DNA of 64,000 nucleotides. It comes from the human T2T-CHM13v2.0 reference genome, Homo sapiens. The DNA is taken from the NCBI RefSeq assembly GCF_009914755.1, contig NC_060945.1; one strand, 5' to 3'. Under the pieces are notes generated by a model. It was not told the origin of the DNA. It worked only from the letters and a program-made list of their open reading frames with translations, and ran no database searches. Shown in pieces: positions 57,854-64,000 of the stretch. Position numbers and translations under genes: made by a program. Every line of letters begins with the position of its first letter. Within the stretch, counting starts at the first letter, position 1.

Positions 57854-59408
57854 TGAGAGGTGACAGCGTGCTGACAGTCCTCAGAGCCCTTGCTTGCTCT
57901 CGGTACCTCCCCTGCCTGGGCTCCCACTTTGGCGGCACTTGAGGAGCCCTTCAGCCCACCGCTGCACTGTGGGAGCCCCTTTCTGGGCTGGCCAAGGCTG
58001 GAGCCCACTCCCTCAGCTTGCAGGGAGGTGTGGAGGGAGAGGCGCAAGCAGGAACCGGGGCTGCGTGCGGCGCTTGCGGGCCAGCTGGAGTTCCGGGTGG
58101 GCGTGGGTTTGGCGGGCCCCGCACTCGGAGAAGGCCAGCCGGTCAGCCCTGCCTGCCCCGGGCAATGAGGGACTTAGCGCCCCTGGGCCAGTGGCTGCGG
58201 AGGGTGTACTGGGTCCCCCAGCAGTGCCAGCCCACTGACGCTGCGCTCGATTTCTCACCGGGCCTTAGCTGCCTTCCCGCTGGGCAGGGCTCGGGACCTG
58301 CAGCCCACCGTGCCTGAGCCTCCCACCCTCTCCGTGGGCTCCTGTGCGGCCGGAGCCTCCCCGACGAGTGCCACACCCTGCTCCACGGGGCCCAGTCCCA
58401 TGGACCACCCAAGGGCTGAGCAGTGCAGGTGCACCATGCAGGACTGGCAGGCAGCTCCACCTGCAGCCCCCGTGTGGGATCCACTAGGTGAAGCCAGCTG
58501 GGCTCCTGAGTCTGGTGGGATCGTGGAGAGTCTTTATGTTTAGCTCAGGGATTGTAAACACACCAATCAGCACCCTGTGTTTAGCTCAAGGTTTGTGAGT
58601 GCACCAATCGACACTCTGTATCTAGCTGCTCTGGTGGGACCTTGGAGAACCTTTATGTCTAGCTCAGGGATTGTAAATACACCAATCGGCACTCTGTATC
58701 TAGCTCAAGGTTTGTAAACACACCAATCAGCACCCTGTGTTTAGCTCAAGGTTTGTGAATGCACCAATCGACACTCTGTATCTAGCTGCTCTGGTGGGGC
58801 CTTGGAGAACCTGTGTGTCCATACTCGGTATCTAACTAATCTGATGGGGACGTGGAGAACCTTTGTGTCTAGCTCAGTGATTGTAAACGCACCAATCAGC
58901 ACCCTGTCAAAACAGACCACTTGGCTCTCCTATCAGCAGGATGTGGGTGGGGCCAGATAAGAGAATAAAAGCAGGCTGCCCGAGCCAGCAGTGGCAACCC
59001 GGTAGAGTCCCCTTCCACACTGTGGAAACTTTGTACTTTCGCTCTTTGCAATAAATCTTGCTACTGCTCACTCTTTGGGTCCACGCTGCTTTTATGAGCT
59101 GTAACACTCACCGCGAAGATCTGCAGCTTCACTCCTGAGCCCAACGAGACCATGAGCCCACCGGGAGGAACGAACGACTCCAGAAGCGCCACCTTAAGAG
59201 CCGTAACACTCACCGCGAAGGTCTGCAGCTTCACTCCTGAGCCAGCGAGACCACGAACCCACCAGAAGGAAGAAATTCCGAACACATCCGAACATCAGAA
59301 GGAACAAACTCCAGACGCGCCACCTTAAGAGCTGTAGCACTCACCGCGAGGGTCCGCGGCTTAGTTCTTGAAGTCAGTGAGACCAAGAACCCACCAATTC
59401 CAGACACA
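57854..59408 (+). mobile_element. Solo LTR12C (HERV9/ERV1 LTR), full length ~1.55 kb
   Basis: TG...CA termini (tgagaggtgacagcgtg ... ccagacaca), 4-bp TSD gaaa, GC-rich U3, repeated CCAAT units, tandem U5 repeats. Confidence 0.97.
58560..58975 (+). promoter_or_regulatory. LTR12C enhancer/promoter: NF-Y CCAAT array, GATA and TATA-like box
   Basis: Six intact CCAAT (accaatc) units, AGATAA at 58955 and AATAAAA at 58964. Confidence 0.75.
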
Positions 59409-59538
59409 GAAAGAAGGAAGGGAAGGAAGGAAGGAAGGGAAGGAGGGAAGGGAGGGAAGGAAGGGAAGGAGGGAAGGAAAGAAGGGATGGAGGGAGGGGA
59501 GGGAAGGGGAGGGAGGGAGGGAAGGGAGGGGAGGGGAG
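59409..59538 (+). repeat. (GGAA/GGGA)n polypurine tract
   Basis: Directly visible, with many GGG runs. Confidence 0.95.
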
Positions 59539-62500
59539 GGAGGGAGGGAGAAAAAAAATCTTGCTACTAAAATTTTTTCTATTGAAAATTTCTTTGCCTT
59601 TTTCAAAACTTGTACACAATAACTGACACTATTTAACAATATGCTAAATATGGTAAGCAATAAAAATAAACCAAAACCTTTGCTGATGTAACATATTACA
59701 GACACCAAAAACTGATCTCTTATAAAAAGTGATATATGAAGTCTGTGGTACATGAATTCTGTCTCTTTTCATTTATCAAAGTCTAATTATTCTCTAGGTA
59801 CAAATAGATAACTCTTGTTTCCCCAGGGCATAGGTATGTAAGCAGAGCACTACCTAAAAACAGATGAAAAATAAATAGATCTACTCAAGTGAAAAAGTTT
59901 AGCAAGTGCATCTATTGTGTATGGCACCAATTATTTTACGAACTTGCTGCTTTGTATTCAATACAAAAATGACAAATGAGGACCCTAGTACATTTCTATA
60001 TAGGCCTTGTCTATGTACATAAATCATATTGGAAATTTGAGAGATTCATGAGACTAGTACAGGCCAAAAGTGCTATTTTACCTGGGTAAATAAAAGGTAA
60101 GAAAACAATTTTATCATCATGTGACTTATTTTTTTAATCTTTAAATTTATAAATAGGGATATGAAGCCAGCTGAAGACACTTTGTTTCATGTGCTTTCAG
60201 AAATTTATGTAAGTTAATCTTTACACACGCACACACACACATACAGAATTTGGTATCTGTATGAAACTACAGAGCCTCAGAAAAGATGATTGTACAAAAC
60301 CATATGATAAAAATACACTGCTGAACTATAAGAGCATTTCCGCTGGATTGTAAAACACATTTATCTTATCATGTTATATCATTAAAATGGAAATTTCAGA
60401 TTAGGTTATAGTATATCCTAATCATTACGAAGGATGGGGCTTTCAAAATAAAATATACTTGAAGAAGTATAAAAATTATTTTATTATGACACTTTCTTAA
60501 CGTATTTCAATATTCAGGCATTATTCTAAGATTTAAAGAATACTAAAGCTTACAAGTTTGTATTTTTCACCTTATCTTTTATAATTAGTTAACCTTAATG
60601 TACATGTAATTTATTTACATTATGTTGACTAACAGTCTAGCTCACTGTCAGAAAGAAGTCAAATTGTTGTGTATTAGGAGTTAATTTTTACAAATAGTAT
60701 TTTTATTTGTACCCAAAATGTCTTGTATTTAAGTGTTTTTTAAAAGTTTTTTGCTATAGATATAAAATGATATGAAAATACTACATATTTCAAAAATACG
60801 GTCCTGATAAACTAAGAGAATGTGGTGTTCTATATGTAGTAATTGTCAGTTATTTTATTTTTAAATTTGTAAAAAATTATTAACAATATGAGATATTGTT
60901 TATGTATATAACATATAGAGAGGGAGCAAGAAAGAATTCAACATATCAATTAATTGTTTATATATAGTAAAATAATATGTGAAATAGATTAGTGTGTTCA
61001 ATCTTATTCATGTTATTCATAATACATAAGTCCATTTCCTCAAGTACATTTAAAATAAAACCAGTTTTCTGGTCTGTCATTCCTCATTCTGGTGCTTTGC
61101 CTTGCCTCTTACTGCCCCATCTCCCCATATTTAAAGTGAACTTTAACTCCAACATGTATTTTCTGTACAAGGCGCTTAGGGTTTCCTGAATGACACTTCT
61201 TGTTTTCATAGATAGGTCAATTTTTCCATTAGCTGGTATATTTGCAAATTGGGAACTGAAGAGCAAAATTATCACTCATGGCCATTACTTGATTATACAA
61301 TCGGTGGTGTAAATATGCAGAGACATAATTGTCTGGAAAATTTTGTATTTAATATCCTAGTAAACATCAATGTGACATTATGAGAAATGTGGGAATTTAG
61401 TTGTACTTCCTGTCACTTTCATGTATCAGTATAGTTACAGCTCCAAAATAACAGGTACTTGTACGTAACTTTTACTTGCACTCCTTGCACATAAGTTCAA
61501 GTTCACAACCTATTTTACCTTTTAGTTTATGTTTATATTTATTTATATCATTTTAACTATAGTCAAAGATGTTAGTTACTGAGTACAAGTTTTGGAAAAG
61601 GTTGAGAAATTTTCAATACTTTTCTGCAGGATTTTTTTAAATTAAAGAAACAGTCCTGTGATTTATGGGGGCACTGTTACTTTTAATGAACTCAGGGCCT
61701 ATAAAGGTTTTAATAGAGGGATAAATAAGAAGCAGTGAAAGTGAATTGACAGCCCCGCCTATAAGAGAAAACCAGAGAGTTTCTTGGTAAAGAACAACAA
61801 AGTCAAGGGAAGGAAGCAAGGGTGGGTGGCTGCAGACCTCTTGAGTTATTTTTTTTCCTTTGAGATGCAGCATTTAGGGTAGCTATCACTCTAGGTTCCG
61901 CCTGCTACAGCAGGTGTTTCTTTTAAATAAACAATTGGTTTATGCACAACTCTTTCCCCCTAATCACAGTAGTCAGTTTCTTTCTCCAGTTCCTCTTTGG
62001 CACACTATTTTTATTAAGAGCACCAGTGAGAAGCCAATATGTGATCCGAATTCTTAACCAGATAGCTAAACAAATGTAGTTCTTCAGAGCTTTCTAATGT
62101 GCAGTGGGACTATGCTTCTTAAAAATACCACTTGCTTTTCAGTCAACACTTGGGGACAACCTACTATACTTTCCAGCATGATTGGTATACCTCTCTGCTG
62201 TTAGAGAGAAATAACCCCTAGATACCTTTTCCATTTCAGTGGAGATGACGATGCACTGAAATAGCTCTCGGGTGTACCTGAAACCATGACATTGCAAGGG
62301 AGTTTATATTTTAAAGCTAAGAAGTTACATTTCATTAGATGTTAGTGTCTAATAAATATGCAGTGCACTGAGAGACTTCCTAGAAAGACAGAGAGTTGGT
62401 ACACATTTCGCAAATTGTTTGACAGTCATTAAAAGTTACATAAATCACAATAAAATAGACACGAAAACTTCATCTACAGTAAAACTAGACAAGTTCCCAT

Positions 62501-62764
62501 CATCATCCCACACATTCTGAAATGGCAACCTGATTCAATGAAATATAGATGAAGCTGAAAAATGATACAACCAGCTAATACTCCATTCTCTGGCAAGTGA
62601 ACGTAGTGCAATTGTAGGACTACATACAGTTTTTTTTAACAGTAATATTTCTTATCCTGAAGGTGTAAGAGCTGAAGCCCTGGATAGAATATAGAGAGCA
62701 AAATGAGCAAACTATTTAGAGATGAGACTTGCAAGTCAGCCTGGAGTAGAATTCCATCATTGAA

Positions 62765-62945
62765 AGCACTGATTCTCAGATTTTAGTGTGTATAAGAATT
62801 ACTAAGAAAGCTTGTTAAAAACAGATTACTGAATCCCGTTCCCAGAATTTCTAATTTGATAAATCAGTGGTGCTTGAGAATTTTTCTTTAAACAGTTCCT
62901 GAGTGATACAGAAGCCGCAGGTCTGAGACTACACTTTGAGGTAGA
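62765..62945. mobile_element. MER5A-like MITE
   Basis: gattctcaga..aagcttgttaaaaacagatt..agttcctgagtgat..gcaggtctgagactacactttgag. Confidence 0.72.
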
Positions 62946-63059
62946 AATGACTTTTTAAAATGTTTTTAATGTGTCTTTGACGTAACTTTCCTAAGAGAAA
63001 GCAAATTGTAGACATGGAAACAAGCTGCCTCTAATAGCTGTGGGATGTGGGTGGGGAAA

Positions 63060-63250
63060 GACTTGGGAATGGCACACAGAAAAAGCTACATTGCTTTCTG
63101 AAAACCAGAATCTAGTATCATGCTGTGATGGCTTCGTGCTGTGTGACCTTGGCCAGGCTCCATTTCCTGTCCAACAATTCCCTATTCAGCTTCCACATAG
63201 GGTGGGCTATTTAAAAAGATATGTATTGACACAATCATTCTATAATTTAA
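63060..63250 (+). mobile_element. MIR/MIR3 fragment
   Basis: gctgtgtgaccttggccagg core. Confidence 0.5.
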
Positions 63251-63401
63251 CCTAAATATTTTCAAACATAATCAATTTAATTATTAGATTATAAATTTTA
63301 AGGGCATGAAAATCCACAAAAAATTATAATTCTTTATCCAAAACTATGTAGTAAACTTTTATGCTTTTAAAGTAGTCAATGTAAGGAAGGAATCACCGAA
63401 G

Positions 63402-63850
63402 TGAAACTAACCCAATACTCCCATAGATAGTTTTTTGGATAAATATAGAAATTGACTCTTCTGGTTTCAAAGCTTGAAACTTACATTTACTTATCTGAGT
63501 TCCTTCCTCAGAAAACCAGACCTCTCAAAAAGTATCAAACAACTGAAACTCACCAGATCCTCCCATCCAGACAATGACATACCAGTCCCCTCATTCATCA
63601 TGATTGCTTACTTAGGCCTCCCCAGTTCCCGTTTTATTACATATAGTTACATTTCTTCTCTGATATATAAACCCCTAATTTTAGTTGGTTAGGGAGATGA
63701 ATTTGAGACTGATCTCCCATTTCCTTGGCTGCACACCATTAAAGCCTCCTTTCTTGGCCATAATCCATAATTGTCTCAGAGATTGGCTTTCAGTGATTGG
63801 CTTTGTGTGAGCAGGAGGACCTAGACTGAACCTTTTGTGTTTTGGTTAAA
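63402..63850 (+). mobile_element. ERV1 solo LTR (MER39-like)
   Basis: tgaaactaacccaatactcccatag..aaagcttgaaacttac..tatataaacccc (TATA)..attaaa..gacctagactgaacc. Confidence 0.7.
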
Positions 63851-64000
63851 AAAAAGGGAGAATAAAAAATAAAATAGAAAAAATTACTATAATTTTCTCA
63901 TACATTCTGCTAGGTAGAATGTAAAAAACATAAAAGTGAGTCTTAAAAAAAAAGCTTACTTTGAAGACTAGAAAGAGTTAAAGTCTAATAATTTCAAGTC

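Noticed and set aside
58540-59360. CRISPR-like or novel repeat array
   Set aside because: These are the known U3 CCAAT repeats and U5 tandem repeats of LTR12; the intervening sequences are themselves repeated, not unique spacers.
57715-59753. Cluster of overlapping ORFs and GC-rich island suggesting a gene
   Set aside because: Explained by AluJ, LTR12C and the adjacent GGAA/GGGA tract.

Overview
Primate (human-like/hominoid) AT-rich nuclear DNA, either intergenic or deep within a large intron. I recognise no protein-coding exon, RNA gene or CRISPR array. The ORFs in the track that I could place are translations of Alu, L1, LTR or simple repeats; the rest are short and unrecognised. Roughly half of the window is interspersed repeat. 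It contains about 19 Alus or Alu fragments (J, S and Y lineages) and several L1s: a near full-length, internally deleted L1MA2/3-like copy, a ~4.7 kb truncated L1M and two twin-primed 5'-inverted L1s. It also holds an intact solo LTR12C with a 4-bp TSD, a THE1 LTR plus internal segment, MST/MLT1/MLT2/ERVL/ERV1 LTRs, L2, MIR and hAT (MER5/MER58/Charlie) fossils, and microsatellites. I found no evidence of a new multi-gene system. The most unusual signal is two Alus with different backbones, 13 kb apart and inverted, that share an identical non-consensus 14-bp insertion at the same Alu position. This is best explained by local ectopic gene conversion. Subfamily names come from remembered consensus features and should be confirmed with RepeatMasker/Dfam.
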